Source: a virus
Lineage: Duplodnaviria > Caudoviricetes
Strand: one strand, 5' to 3'
IMG/VR virus record: IMGVR_UViG_3300031555_004524
Location: 160,001 to 224,000 of that record
DNA length: 64,000 nt
Below the pieces are notes generated by a model. The model was not told the origin of the DNA. It ran no database searches and saw nothing but the letters and a program-made list of their open reading frames with translations. A program made the position numbers and the translations under genes. This document shows, in pieces, positions 19,277-30,157 of the stretch; the stretch's first letter is position 1, and every line of letters starts with the position of its first letter.

Positions 19277-20959
19277 ATGGCAACTACTTATTCATGTACA
19301 ATAAAAAAAAATGGGGGTAATTTGCATGTAAGAAGTTCACCATCAATGTCTGGTAAAATTATTGCAAAAATACCTAATGGTACGAAAGTTACTGCATCCA
19401 AAGTACAAAATGGATGGTATTATATAGATAAATATAAAGGGTGGTCCTCTGGTAATTATATTAAAGCTACAGCTAATAATACTAGTACGAATACACCACC
19501 TAAGGAAGCGGTTACGCAAACTCAAGTTCAAACTACAAGTGAATCCGATCAGATTCAAAGTTATCTTATGTATGAAAATCCTTATGCATCTACAGATACT
19601 TCAAATTATATAACTACTAGTCTTGATGGTATATATGGTATACCATATCAATTTATGTCTAGTGTTGATAGAAAATTAGAAGGAACCAAATTCGGGCATA
19701 TGTATGCAGATAGAATTGTTGCTAGAATGCCGTTATTATTGTTATCTCCTGGTAGAGTTAATTTTACTAGAGAATTCAGATCAAGAAATGCCGCAGCTCA
19801 AGCTCTTCAAGCTCTTATAGACACTGCAACTCCAACAGATTTGAATACTCTTGTAAATAGTACTGGTAGATATTATACATTTGATTATGATTATGAGTCA
19901 TATTATAATTACGTAGATGCAATGTGTATGTCTTCTGCATATTTTCTTGGTATTCATGATACTGAAATAAAAATAAATGGTAAATGGACAAAAATAAAAG
20001 ATATAAAATGGGCAAAAGCTGGAAATGATGCGTTTAAAGGTATTGTATCTAAAAGTGAATATGTTGCATTTTATGTGGATTCTTTAAGTACTGTAAATGA
20101 ATCCTTTTCAAATGGTACTACTGAATCGCAATTAGCTGGTAAAATTAATTCATTTTCCGATATTGGTAGAGAATTGGCATTCCTTACAGGAGTTACCACT
20201 GGAAATAATTTAGGATTCGGTGAAGAAGAAGCTCTACAACAAGCAATGAGTACTGTATCTACAATCAGTAATACTTATTTAAATGGTAACCAATTATTTA
20301 CAGATATAGCAAAAAACTTTGCTACTGTGGCAGTTGGAGGAAAATTGATATTTCCAGAAATATGGGCAGATAGCACATATTCAAAAAGTTATGATATAAA
20401 TATAAAACTTAGAACTCCAGATTGTGATAAAATTTCGTGGTTTATGAATATATGTGTACCTTTATGCCATCTTATTTGTTTGACAGCACCTAGACAAGCA
20501 GCTACTGAAGGACCTAATGCTTATATATCCCCATTTTTAGTTAGAGGATTTTATAAGGGATTATTTAACTGCGATATGGGGATTATAACAGATCTAAGTA
20601 TAACAAGAGGGAAAGACAGAGCATGGACTTTAGATGGACTCCCTACAGAAGTTGATGTATCATTAACATTGAAAGATTTATATAGCATGCTAACACTGAC
20701 AGGATATGATACACCTGGAGCTTTTGCTAATAATATTGCTCTTGTAGATTACATTGCAAATTCATGTGGGATAAACATAAACGAGCCAGATCTAACCAGA
20801 ATGGTAGATATATATGTAATGCTTAAAGGGCATAAGCTTAAAAATGTTATACCAGATGTTTGGTTAAGTATACAGCAAGATATAGCTAATTTGCAAATGA
20901 CCACTCAATCTAAATTAGTAGGTTTATTAGGATCTATTGATAATTTTCTTCCACTTTAA
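19277..20959 (+). CDS. virion tail/baseplate protein with N-terminal SH3b domain
   Basis: LHVRSSPS..GWY..GWSS SH3b; C-terminal FPEIW...DGLPTEVDVSLTLKDL tube-initiator-like pattern; start at ATG after AAAGGAG. Confidence 0.7.
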   Translation: MATTYSCTIKKNGGNLHVRSSPSMSGKIIAKIPNGTKVTASKVQNGWYYIDKYKGWSSGNYIKATANNTSTNTPPKEAVTQTQVQTTSESDQIQSYLMYENPYASTDTSNYITTSLDGIYGIPYQFMSSVDRKLEGTKFGHMYADRIVARMPLLLLSPGRVNFTREFRSRNAAAQALQALIDTATPTDLNTLVNSTGRYYTFDYDYESYYNYVDAMCMSSAYFLGIHDTEIKINGKWTKIKDIKWAKAGNDAFKGIVSKSEYVAFYVDSLSTVNESFSNGTTESQLAGKINSFSDIGRELAFLTGVTTGNNLGFGEEEALQQAMSTVSTISNTYLNGNQLFTDIAKNFATVAVGGKLIFPEIWADSTYSKSYDINIKLRTPDCDKISWFMNICVPLCHLICLTAPRQAATEGPNAYISPFLVRGFYKGLFNCDMGIITDLSITRGKDRAWTLDGLPTEVDVSLTLKDLYSMLTLTGYDTPGAFANNIALVDYIANSCGININEPDLTRMVDIYVMLKGHKLKNVIPDVWLSIQQDIANLQMTTQSKLVGLLGSIDNFLPL

Positions 20960-20975
20960 TATTATAATCAAATTT

Positions 20976-20999
20976 AACAAAAACTTAAACATTTAAGTA
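20976..20999 (+). promoter_or_regulatory. two head-to-tail late promoters
   Basis: AACA AAAACT TA directly followed by AACA TTTAAG TA. Confidence 0.65.
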
Positions 21000-21027
21000 T
21001 GGGATTGAAAAATCCCATACTTTTTTA
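20995..21027 (+). terminator. intrinsic terminator
   Basis: 12-bp stem, GAAA loop, T-run. Confidence 0.8.
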
Positions 21028-21052
21028 TGTTTAGAAAAGGTGGTATTTTCTT

Positions 21053-21799
21053 ATGAAAAATAGAAAACAGAAGCAACGGGAATATCAAGAAAAATATGGT
21101 GATATACCGTTAGACTTAGAAGAGAGAATATCATATATGATAGATAGATATAATATAAGCGAAGCTAAAATGGCTGAAATTATAAATAAAAGAAACTCTA
21201 TGATGTCGAATCTATTTTTCTATGAATGTAAATTAGTAGTATTAATGGAAGATCCAGAAGGATCAGTTAGACCCAGATTCAGAATTATAAATAAATCTAA
21301 TTTTAATCATGCTGCAATATCAGATCCACAATTTGTTCATGTATATACACCTCATGCTGCAGAAGATAATGCATATATGAGAAAACTAAATGAGCAAGAG
21401 CTAGTAGCTTTAGATGGATTAATAAATACACCATGTATTATCCAATATGATTTATTTTATAAGACTCCTTCCAATTATAACGTTACCGATACATTTTTAG
21501 CAGAAATAGGATTAATTCGACCTCCAATAGATAAACCTGACTGGGATAATGCGGGAAAAAAATATTCTGATATGTATAATCATACTATTTGGTTAGATGA
21601 TGCTTTAGTATTTTCAGGCACAGTTAATAAGTATTATTCTATTAAACCTAGAGTAGAAATACAATTGAAGTATTTAAATGCAGTATATACTAAGCAGCAA
21701 TATAAAAGAATAATTTCTAGAAAAGATTATGATCTAAGTTATCAGTCGTTAAATTATCTTGATAGTAAAGGAAGGATTGTGGAAACCGATGAACTATAA
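21053..21799 (+). CDS. RusA-like Holliday junction resolvase
   Basis: RPR motif and KPDWDNAGKKYSD...WLDDALV catalytic pattern. Confidence 0.8.
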   Translation: MKNRKQKQREYQEKYGDIPLDLEERISYMIDRYNISEAKMAEIINKRNSMMSNLFFYECKLVVLMEDPEGSVRPRFRIINKSNFNHAAISDPQFVHVYTPHAAEDNAYMRKLNEQELVALDGLINTPCIIQYDLFYKTPSNYNVTDTFLAEIGLIRPPIDKPDWDNAGKKYSDMYNHTIWLDDALVFSGTVNKYYSIKPRVEIQLKYLNAVYTKQQYKRIISRKDYDLSYQSLNYLDSKGRIVETDEL

Positions 21800-22187
21800 T
21801 ACAATAAACTCATCATATGAATTTAGAATATTCTTACACAGACATATGAGTGATAGTGTTTTAAATAATGCTTTACGATGCGAATTAGAAAAATTTTATG
21901 AGGTATCGGCTAATACTTCAGATTCTTATATATTAAAACCAAAAGAAAACATATATTCTGATATAACAGATCATTATCCATATATAGACGTATGTATATA
22001 TAACTTTCTTACATCACAGCAAAATATTATTGATTACATATCAGATCTTATTTCTAAAGAGACAGATAAATCTCATGCATATAAAATAAGATTTGCATAT
22101 GATGCACTTCGTACACATGGATTTTCATGTTCAGGTATGTACCAGTTATTAAATATGAATAAAGATACTTTAATATTGTCATTTTAA
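21789..22187 (+). CDS. hypothetical protein
   Basis: ORF overlapping RusA stop; start uncertain. Confidence 0.65.
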   Translation: MNYNTINSSYEFRIFLHRHMSDSVLNNALRCELEKFYEVSANTSDSYILKPKENIYSDITDHYPYIDVCIYNFLTSQQNIIDYISDLISKETDKSHAYKIRFAYDALRTHGFSCSGMYQLLNMNKDTLILSF

Positions 22188-22197
22188 TTAGGAAATC

Positions 22198-22223
22198 GCC
22201 CATACGGATACTTCCGTATGGGC
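22198..22223. terminator. terminator between convergent genes
   Basis: 11-bp GC-rich inverted repeat, T-run downstream. Confidence 0.8.
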
Positions 22224-22262
22224 TCGACTTTTTATTTTTTTAGGAGAAAAATAACTATATGT

Positions 22263-23132
22263 CTATTTTATAGAGTTAATAAGTTCGTTAATATATGCAG
22301 TGTCTACCTTCTGAATTCTAGCTGTATTGATAGTTTCTAAAAATCTATAAGCCGTATCAACTTTTTCTATAATCAGATCCATATTAATTTTACCAGATTC
22401 AGTAACGAATTTATTCTTAAGTTCTTCACGTTTTAAAATCTCATTAGATGCAACATGGACCATCTGTTCATATACATTTCTATTACGGTTATTCTGAATT
22501 TCTTGAATTCTCTGTCTACCATAATTAGCATGTTCCTGTCTGATTGCATCTAACTTTTCTCTTGAGTTTGCTTTTGAAGCATCAATTCTTGCTTTTGTTG
22601 CAGCTGTAATTTCTTCCATATCAAGTTTATCGTTGATATTGTTCTGAATGAATTCTTCAGCAGCATCGCAAACTCTCTTATTGATTTTATCTACAACTTT
22701 TGATGTAGGTAAACCTTCTAATTTATCAAAGAATGATTTTTTATCTGAAGGTTTAATTATAAAAGTTAAGACATCATCTTTATCAATTTTACATATGATA
22801 TCTTCATATGTTTCTTTGATAATAGATGCCATTTCTGCTAGAAGGAGAGACTCTTTTTCAAATCTTGCCAAAAGAGTTACATTATTTTTTTCTTCTACAT
22901 ACTTTTCACAAAGTACTCTTCCGTATTCTTTTTCCCAATCACTCTTTTCATGCAGTGTTTGCTGTAAAATATAATTGATAGATTCTGCAATCAAAAGATT
23001 CATGGTATTCTCGCTGAACTCTTGCAATTTTCTTCTGGTTTGCATTTGCTTTTCCTGTCTCTTCTCATATGCAGATTCTCTGTAATATCCTGTAGGCACA
23101 GAACCTGTATGAATGAAGTAATTGTTGCTCAT
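22263..23132 (-). CDS. hypothetical, probable virion protein
   Basis: GAGGAGG RBS, late promoter, Glu-rich motifs near N-terminus. Confidence 0.65.
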   Translation of the reverse strand: MSNNYFIHTGSVPTGYYRESAYEKRQEKQMQTRRKLQEFSENTMNLLIAESINYILQQTLHEKSDWEKEYGRVLCEKYVEEKNNVTLLARFEKESLLLAEMASIIKETYEDIICKIDKDDVLTFIIKPSDKKSFFDKLEGLPTSKVVDKINKRVCDAAEEFIQNNINDKLDMEEITAATKARIDASKANSREKLDAIRQEHANYGRQRIQEIQNNRNRNVYEQMVHVASNEILKREELKNKFVTESGKINMDLIIEKVDTAYRFLETINTARIQKVDTAYINELINSIK

Positions 23133-23164
23133 CGGGATTTCCTCCTCTAATATGATTTAAATAT

Positions 23165-23176
23165 TATCCATATGTT
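23165..23176 (-). promoter_or_regulatory. late promoter AACA-N6-TA
   Basis: AACA TATGGA TA. Confidence 0.75.
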
Positions 23177-23177
23177 A

Positions 23178-25799
23178 TTAGACAACGCGTATATTGATGT
23201 CTGCAGATAAGTCTAGCGTAGTATTTACTGTTAAGAATTCAGGCACGACAGTGATATCATCATACTCGTTTCTGTATAAATGCTGCACTCCTGGGCCATA
23301 TTCGTTAAATCCTAAGAATTCAATATATTCTATAGAGTTCGGTCTATATTTATTTGTGATTTCTGTGATGAGGTTAGGTATATGTAAATTGGTCATATCA
23401 TTTAGATCTTCAATAATATCCTTAATGTCTTTTATAATTAATTCTTTGGTCAACTTATCAGCAGTTTTAGTAAGTTTAATTTCAAAGTATAAAGTAAGAT
23501 TTACTCTATCTATGATATTTTCACCATTTATATCTGTTGAGTACGTTCTAGATGGACCATAAGTATTAAAAAATTTAAAGTCTATTTTAAAGTTGTTTTC
23601 CAATAAAGATATACACTGATCAATATATGCTTTAGTATCAACTAATTGTGTAATGAATGATTGTATATTTTCTTCGTTATCTCCATATGCTAACTTTATA
23701 ACTGGCACGCTCTTAATATAAAAAGTCTCTGCAGTATCATAATCTAATACAACGTCTTCATGTTTAACTACGGATGATACTATATCTGAGAAATTTTCAA
23801 AGAATTGTAATCCATTATTTACAGTATACATATTAGTTACAGTATATCCTTCTAAATTTGGAACTATATTATCTAAATCATGTCTACCATATTCGCCATC
23901 TGCAAATTTAGCCAATACATATAGTTTTACATCTACATCTCCACTAAAATACCCATAGTCTTCTTGTCCATTTCCTGGAACTAATGTATTTGTAATTTTT
24001 ATTTTAGCATCATCATTTAATTGGTCTGTAGTTTTTAATAAGAATTCATAATCATATGAGAATACTGATTCTATATCATAATCTACAATATCTCCAACGA
24101 AATATCTATATGGAACAGATCTATCATCATATAGCCCTTTATTGTAAAATACTGCTATAACTTTAAGCGTATTATCTACAATTTTACCTGCTTCATCTAC
24201 TCTTACAATATTTTTATTCACAAGAATATTCTGAGTAAATGATATATTTAATTTATAAGTATCAGGATCAGTTTGATATCCACGTCTCCATGTGATTCCT
24301 GTAGATATGAATTGAACTGGAGCATTTGCATTAATATATGAGAATTCCAATAATCCAGCATATCTCATTATTGTTTTATAATATGATACATATAAAGGAT
24401 CATCTGTTACTACTGTAGTGAAAGGTACAGTATATACAAATTTATTTGGATCATTATCTCCAATATATGCAGATAATTCTTCATCATTTTTAATAATAAA
24501 TCCTTCTTTACCATCAAATCCGATCATGCATCCTGGTTTTAATGCTCTTTTTCTATTTTCTACTGTATCGAAACCATCTGATTTTGACACTCTAATATCA
24601 ATTGTATTTGTTGGAACTACATTATCATATGAGTCTTTTAAAACTATATATGAATAATAAGTTCTTTCAAATTGATTATCCACTTTTTTCTGCACCTGCA
24701 TTCTCACTAAATCACTTCCAAATATATTGAAATAATTTAATAAGTCTTGCATATTTGTAATACTACCTCTTGAAAGTGCTTCTTTAGGTAATATTCTTCT
24801 TAATTCATCTACTGATTTTCTATCTCTACCTCCAGTAGAATTTGTACTTATAATCATATAGATAGCCATATTTCTATAACCATAGTTTTCTGAATCTATA
24901 GCCATATATAAATTCTGATTATATTCAAATTCCCCAGCTTTACCTTGAGTTGTTTTTATTAATACGTCTATCTGAGCATTCATTTCTGGCATATATGAAG
25001 AAGAATCAAATCTGACTCTTATTCTATTTGCTTCTATATAACTATAAAAACAATAATCTTCTAATGTTTGATCTATTGCTGATCCATCAAATACTGGAGT
25101 AAGATATACTGTTTTTCCCTTTTCTGTTATTCTAACTTCGAAATTAGCAAGCTGATTTGTAAATTCAAATTCAAATGTTTTATTTTCAATTGGATTGCTA
25201 GTTAATAACTTTCTAGAAATAGTAGAATGCTCAACTTGCATTAACACTGCTTCTATGAGCAAGTATCTTTCAGTATTATGTATTTGAATAAATGGTGGAG
25301 ATATGTATGGGTTAGTAATTTCACTTAGAGGGTTATTTCTGCTAATATCATATCTGGCGCTATACACTATCTCATTATTTTCTATAATATTTTGTATTAT
25401 CCATAAATCATATTGTAAATGAAATTCCATATTACCTATGAAAAATGGAGTTTCCTTATCTAATATAATTCTACCATCTACTAGTATACTATTAATAGTT
25501 TTTTCTGGTATACCTATAAATACTCTCATAGTAGAAGGAACCGCATTTATATCTGTAATATTTTGGATAATTGCATGTGCAATTACATTCTTTTCAAATT
25601 TTGCTTTTGATGGCCACATTTCATTTGCAGTTTCTGACGCTACAATAACAGCATTCTGTAAATGAAGTGAATTAGCATCAGCAAAGTATCCATTGATACC
25701 AATAGCTCTAGTTCTATCAGATTCATCTGGCATAAATTGTTTCAACAAATCCAATGATACTTGATGCATATCATAAATATCTGTACTTAATAACGGCAT
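23178..25799 (-). CDS. baseplate wedge protein (gp6/J-like)
   Basis: TTQGKAG, STGGRDRKSVDELRR, SRGSITNMQDL pattern of baseplate J/gp6 family. Confidence 0.75.
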   Translation of the reverse strand: MPLLSTDIYDMHQVSLDLLKQFMPDESDRTRAIGINGYFADANSLHLQNAVIVASETANEMWPSKAKFEKNVIAHAIIQNITDINAVPSTMRVFIGIPEKTINSILVDGRIILDKETPFFIGNMEFHLQYDLWIIQNIIENNEIVYSARYDISRNNPLSEITNPYISPPFIQIHNTERYLLIEAVLMQVEHSTISRKLLTSNPIENKTFEFEFTNQLANFEVRITEKGKTVYLTPVFDGSAIDQTLEDYCFYSYIEANRIRVRFDSSSYMPEMNAQIDVLIKTTQGKAGEFEYNQNLYMAIDSENYGYRNMAIYMIISTNSTGGRDRKSVDELRRILPKEALSRGSITNMQDLLNYFNIFGSDLVRMQVQKKVDNQFERTYYSYIVLKDSYDNVVPTNTIDIRVSKSDGFDTVENRKRALKPGCMIGFDGKEGFIIKNDEELSAYIGDNDPNKFVYTVPFTTVVTDDPLYVSYYKTIMRYAGLLEFSYINANAPVQFISTGITWRRGYQTDPDTYKLNISFTQNILVNKNIVRVDEAGKIVDNTLKVIAVFYNKGLYDDRSVPYRYFVGDIVDYDIESVFSYDYEFLLKTTDQLNDDAKIKITNTLVPGNGQEDYGYFSGDVDVKLYVLAKFADGEYGRHDLDNIVPNLEGYTVTNMYTVNNGLQFFENFSDIVSSVVKHEDVVLDYDTAETFYIKSVPVIKLAYGDNEENIQSFITQLVDTKAYIDQCISLLENNFKIDFKFFNTYGPSRTYSTDINGENIIDRVNLTLYFEIKLTKTADKLTKELIIKDIKDIIEDLNDMTNLHIPNLITEITNKYRPNSIEYIEFLGFNEYGPGVQHLYRNEYDDITVVPEFLTVNTTLDLSADINIRVV

Positions 25800-26885
25800 T
25801 TATTTCATCCTCCATTTTAATTTATAGTCATATTTCATTGAACTTGGACCTAACCATTGAGAATACGAACTTTTATTTTTTCTAACTACCCAAGGTGTCA
25901 AAGCCCATGTTCCGTCTATACCTTTAATTTCATCATTGTATATATCTAAATATTTAGGAGTACTATTAAGAGACATCGATTCGCTAATTAATTGATTGAA
26001 ATATACTAAAATATATGGTTTCATATCATCGATAAATTGTATCTTAAATGGAACCTGATATCTTAATCCACCTTCAACCTTTACATCAGAGAATGCTTCT
26101 CTAGGAACACTCTTCGGATAAACTCCAACGCCATATGCATAATATATTATAGTTTCATAATCTTCATCAACTATAAATTTATATACTGCGAATTGATCGT
26201 GGAGTTCTTTATATTCTATATATCTATTAAAATTGTACCCTTCAGTGGATTCAGGTGCACTATTAATATTTGGAGGCGATACAATACCATCTCGTTTTAA
26301 TCTCTCATATTCATCGTATGCTTTAAAGAAATGGTACAATTCCAAATATTTAGTATCTTCAAATTCTAATGTAGATTCTGCTCCTTCGTCTGATGAAAAT
26401 CCGTTACCTCTATATGTAATCTGTGTTCCATATATTGTAGCGGAAGTATCTATATCTTCAGTTGTGATTTCTGGCAAATCTAATGTATTTTTTACTGAAT
26501 TCGATAGAATGTTTATAAATGGTGAAAAACTAGACGTTTTCGTAGTATGTGCACTTCGCTGCAATTGTGTTATGACCTCTGGATATCTTTGAGATAATTC
26601 TACAAAGAATGCATTATTACTAAGCTGAGGATTCAATGTATTAGTTCCAGGTTTGTAAATATGTAAATCTGGTTTAGTAAAGAACAAATACTCTCTGGTA
26701 TTTGTTAATGAATTATAAGGGTCAATAACCCCAAATCTATTAAATTTTGTATACCACTCGATATCTTGTCTATTATATATATTAGACGACTGTAGTATCT
26801 TTCCCATATCTTTTATGGAAGAAATATCTGATGTAAAAATACCAGATTTAGTTCCAGTTGTTTTTTCTAAAGGCATATAAGTCAC
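25800..26885 (-). CDS. virion tail structural protein (tail-tube-like fold suspected)
   Basis: FFTKPDL, GVYPKSVP motifs; translationally coupled to wedge gene. Confidence 0.55.
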   Translation of the reverse strand: MTYMPLEKTTGTKSGIFTSDISSIKDMGKILQSSNIYNRQDIEWYTKFNRFGVIDPYNSLTNTREYLFFTKPDLHIYKPGTNTLNPQLSNNAFFVELSQRYPEVITQLQRSAHTTKTSSFSPFINILSNSVKNTLDLPEITTEDIDTSATIYGTQITYRGNGFSSDEGAESTLEFEDTKYLELYHFFKAYDEYERLKRDGIVSPPNINSAPESTEGYNFNRYIEYKELHDQFAVYKFIVDEDYETIIYYAYGVGVYPKSVPREAFSDVKVEGGLRYQVPFKIQFIDDMKPYILVYFNQLISESMSLNSTPKYLDIYNDEIKGIDGTWALTPWVVRKNKSSYSQWLGPSSMKYDYKLKWRMK

Positions 26886-26901
26886 CGACCTTTCGTACGA
26901 T

Positions 26902-26913
26902 TATCGGTATGTT
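26902..26913 (-). promoter_or_regulatory. late promoter AACA-N6-TA
   Basis: AACA TACCGA TA. Confidence 0.75.
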
Positions 26914-26941
26914 TTTATTATGACAAAATACGCTTCAATTG

Positions 26942-26949
26942 CATATTAT
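26942..26949 (+). promoter_or_regulatory. early-type promoter CATATTAT
   Basis: TTGCATATTATA context. Confidence 0.5.
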
Positions 26950-27119
26950 ACTTATGACGTTTGAATGAGAAACGAGAAAATAACAACAAGGTATCATAAT
27001 GGTTAATTATATCGAATATATAAAAATTATTAAATATTATAAATCTTAACCTTCTCAACTTTATGTGACAATAATGCCAAATTGTAACAGATTAACAAGA
27101 AGAGAGGAGATTAAATAAT

Positions 27120-27401
27120 ATGACAATTGAAACAATATTAGGATTAGCAGTACCAATTATAGGAGGTATTGCTGAAATAGCAAAAAGTAATAAACCATCA
27201 GTAGTAGAAAAAGTTGAAGTAAAGGAAACTATGCCAGTAGTACAACCACAGCAACAAGCTATGATTAAACCTATTAATCAGATTGATCATACCCAACCAC
27301 CAATAAACGTTAATTTTAATTTAAATATTTTCATTAATGGTAAAAAGATGGGTGAGAAAGAATCAGATCCAATAGGTAATAGAATTATTATAGATGCGTA
27401 G
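27120..27401 (+). CDS. small hypothetical protein with hydrophobic N-terminus
   Basis: GAGGAG RBS; 93 aa. Confidence 0.7.
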   Translation: MTIETILGLAVPIIGGIAEIAKSNKPSVVEKVEVKETMPVVQPQQQAMIKPINQIDHTQPPINVNFNLNIFINGKKMGEKESDPIGNRIIIDA

Positions 27402-27438
27402 TTTGACCATGGATGATACCTTTATTTTTTTACCTTTT

Positions 27439-27450
27439 AACATTGAGTTA
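27439..27450 (+). promoter_or_regulatory. late promoter AACA-N6-TA
   Basis: AACA TTGAGT TA. Confidence 0.75.
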
Positions 27451-27481
27451 ATATTAAGAAAGGAAAGGAAGGTCTGCATAA

Positions 27482-28933
27482 ATGAAGTATGATACACTCC
27501 ACGAAACAGTTATAAGAGACGTGTTAGATATACTTTCTGATACAAAACAGGCTGCTGATAAATCTATTACGCCGAGTTCACGTGTTGCTAGGTCAGGTTC
27601 AATAAGTAAGGCAACTTCTGGTCTTACTTTAGTATTTCCTGTCATTGGGTCTACTAATAATTCATTAGAGACTAACACTATGGTTGTAAAAGCTGTCGAA
27701 AGACAAGCAGTATCACTTTTACAGATTGCATTTTCTGCATTCAACCTTACAAATGCAGCAGATGCTACAGAATTTATTAAACAATTTCATACCAATTTAA
27801 GTGGTGGAAAATTATCCTTAGATCAGTTTATTGAAATTATGGATGATTATGTGCAAGAGAATGGTTTAGTGCCACGAGAAACCAGAGGAATGTACAACGC
27901 TGTTTTAGAAGACCTTAGAAATTTATCATACCATTTTGCGGATGATATTTCTGAATCTTCTATCAACCAGTTTAAAGTTCGTCAGATGGGATTTAATCGA
28001 GTAGTGATTAAAGAAGAATTATCTGAAGATGAAAAAGATGCTATGAAGAGAGATGAGCATGAATGGAAAGGCAACCAGCAGTATTATGATTATATGGGAA
28101 ATGTCCGTTCAGATGCTAAAGATAAAAGAGATGCTGAAAAGCATAAATGGGATAAAGAAGATCGAGAGAGAAATATTGCTAGAGATAAAAGAATTGATAA
28201 AAGATTAGATATGAGAAATGATATTCAGAATCAGAAAGATATGACTGATGTATTCAAGAATCAAATTTTATCTAGCGATGTTAAGAAGATCAATGAAATG
28301 GTTCCAACTATGATGATTGTAAATTTCATTACAGTTGATAAATCAATTGAACAGCCAATTTTAAGACAGGTTGTAATTGGAGTTAAAGCGAAATTCTATC
28401 CAGCTGATTCTCAGGATGTAGTAAATAAGATTATCACAAAACACGTTGATGGTAATTTATTACTCAAACTTGTAAAAGCATCTACTAGAGAAATCAGTTT
28501 TGTTAAAGATTTCTTATTTGCAATTGATAATGCTAAATTATCTGCAGTTGCAAATTCTAAACATGGTTCTAGAACTAATAAGTTATTAAAAGTTTTAGAA
28601 CGTAGAGCATTAGGTGGTAAGATTCGTAAAACATTTAAACTTGATAATGCATTCAAAGCTATTTCTACTTTAGTTATTTCTAAAGACGAAGCAGACTATA
28701 TTATGCAGGAAAATAAGATTGATGTTACTAATCCTAGAATAATGCGACCTATTATGGAAAAATTAAACTTGATGATGTTTATCATTGCAGATGAATCTTC
28801 AGAGTCTATTCAGATGATTATGGATAGCGGAGACGATGTATATGAAACATTATCTTTCTCTCAGTTAGAACGAGAAGCATCAGATTCAAGTTCTAAGAAA
28901 GCAATTAACCTCATGACTAAAATGGTTAGATAA
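27482..28933 (+). CDS. probable virion (head) protein
   Basis: late operon start, charged central insert, Glu motifs. Confidence 0.6.
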   Translation: MKYDTLHETVIRDVLDILSDTKQAADKSITPSSRVARSGSISKATSGLTLVFPVIGSTNNSLETNTMVVKAVERQAVSLLQIAFSAFNLTNAADATEFIKQFHTNLSGGKLSLDQFIEIMDDYVQENGLVPRETRGMYNAVLEDLRNLSYHFADDISESSINQFKVRQMGFNRVVIKEELSEDEKDAMKRDEHEWKGNQQYYDYMGNVRSDAKDKRDAEKHKWDKEDRERNIARDKRIDKRLDMRNDIQNQKDMTDVFKNQILSSDVKKINEMVPTMMIVNFITVDKSIEQPILRQVVIGVKAKFYPADSQDVVNKIITKHVDGNLLLKLVKASTREISFVKDFLFAIDNAKLSAVANSKHGSRTNKLLKVLERRALGGKIRKTFKLDNAFKAISTLVISKDEADYIMQENKIDVTNPRIMRPIMEKLNLMMFIIADESSESIQMIMDSGDDVYETLSFSQLEREASDSSSKKAINLMTKMVR

Positions 28934-28959
28934 TTTTAAGGAAAGGAGGATAATTAGAG

Positions 28960-30027
28960 ATGGATTATAAAACATATTCAAATTTTATTAATGAGTATTT
29001 TGATATTAAAGATTCAGTAACAAGAAAGAAACTTGTTAGTCTATCAGAAGCAAAAGATCAGAATGCTGCATTATTAAGCGCTTCTATTAAATTATATGAA
29101 TTAATTGAAGCTAAAGTTACTGATATTGATTTTGGTGAAATTCCTAAATCTAAAGGTGACATTACAAAGATTCCAAATTTTATGGAATTAGTTGAATGCA
29201 CAAATACAATTCATACTATCTTAGTACAGAATAAACAGTCCACTGAAAGTACTGATACTATTCTCAACGCTATTGAAAATATGAAAGTATTAAAACCAGA
29301 ATTTGAGAAAGCATTTGTTATCAATTGTGATATTGTTGTATTATTATATAATACTATGGCATTATCTATTGTAAGTGCTGTATCTTATTTGATTTCAACT
29401 ACAATTGATTTTGTGAGAGATCCAGCTGTAGGATCATATGAAATTTCTTTACAGAATACCTCAAAAACAAAATCTAAAGACCATATTTTATATAAAAATC
29501 TCAAAAAGTTTAACAAATCATGTGCAACAGGTCAGATGAAAAAATCACTTATAGATCTTCTTAGAGCTACAAGTGGTGTAAATGAATCTGGTGAAGTTGC
29601 TACATTGTTAAGTGAAGAAAAAACTGCTGTTACAGAAGAAGCATTCACTGCTATCGTTGCAGCTATTGCTGGTACAGCTACTATTATTGCATTAATAGGA
29701 ATTTTATTACCTATTATTCAAGAAGTAGTTTGTTTCTTTTACTGTGCTAAACAGAGTATTTCTGATTACTTTAGCATTCAATCTGACGTAGTTAGATTAA
29801 ATGCTGAAAATGTAAAACTGGATATGACAAAAACTCCAGCAGAAAGAGAAAAAATATATAAGAAACAGGTTAAAATTGCAGATAGTTTTAAGAAAATAAG
29901 TACAAAATTATCTGTAAAAATGAAAGGATCTAATAAATCTGCGGAAACAATGATTGATAAAGAAAGATCTTCTAAAATGAAATTTACTAGTGCTGATGCT
30001 ACAATTGCACCATCAAGCATTTTCTAG
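28960..30027 (+). CDS. probable virion (inner head) protein with hydrophobic segment
   Basis: AGGAGG RBS; VTEE followed by AFTAIVAAIAGTATIIALIGILLPII. Confidence 0.6.
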   Translation: MDYKTYSNFINEYFDIKDSVTRKKLVSLSEAKDQNAALLSASIKLYELIEAKVTDIDFGEIPKSKGDITKIPNFMELVECTNTIHTILVQNKQSTESTDTILNAIENMKVLKPEFEKAFVINCDIVVLLYNTMALSIVSAVSYLISTTIDFVRDPAVGSYEISLQNTSKTKSKDHILYKNLKKFNKSCATGQMKKSLIDLLRATSGVNESGEVATLLSEEKTAVTEEAFTAIVAAIAGTATIIALIGILLPIIQEVVCFFYCAKQSISDYFSIQSDVVRLNAENVKLDMTKTPAEREKIYKKQVKIADSFKKISTKLSVKMKGSNKSAETMIDKERSSKMKFTSADATIAPSSIF

Positions 30028-30044
30028 TAAATATAAAGATATTA

Positions 30045-30106
30045 AACATATCTATAATCGCATAGTTTGATCTTACAAGATGGCATACTATGTCAACAAT
30101 TAAGTA
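30045..30106 (+). promoter_or_regulatory. two late promoters (30045-30056, 30095-30106) flanking a stem-loop
   Basis: AACA TATCTA TA and AACA ATTAAG TA; CATAGT/ACTATG stem between. Confidence 0.7.
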
Positions 30107-30157
30107 AAATATTCAAAATTCAATTTTTAAGTGAAAAGAAAGAAGGAGGACATTACT

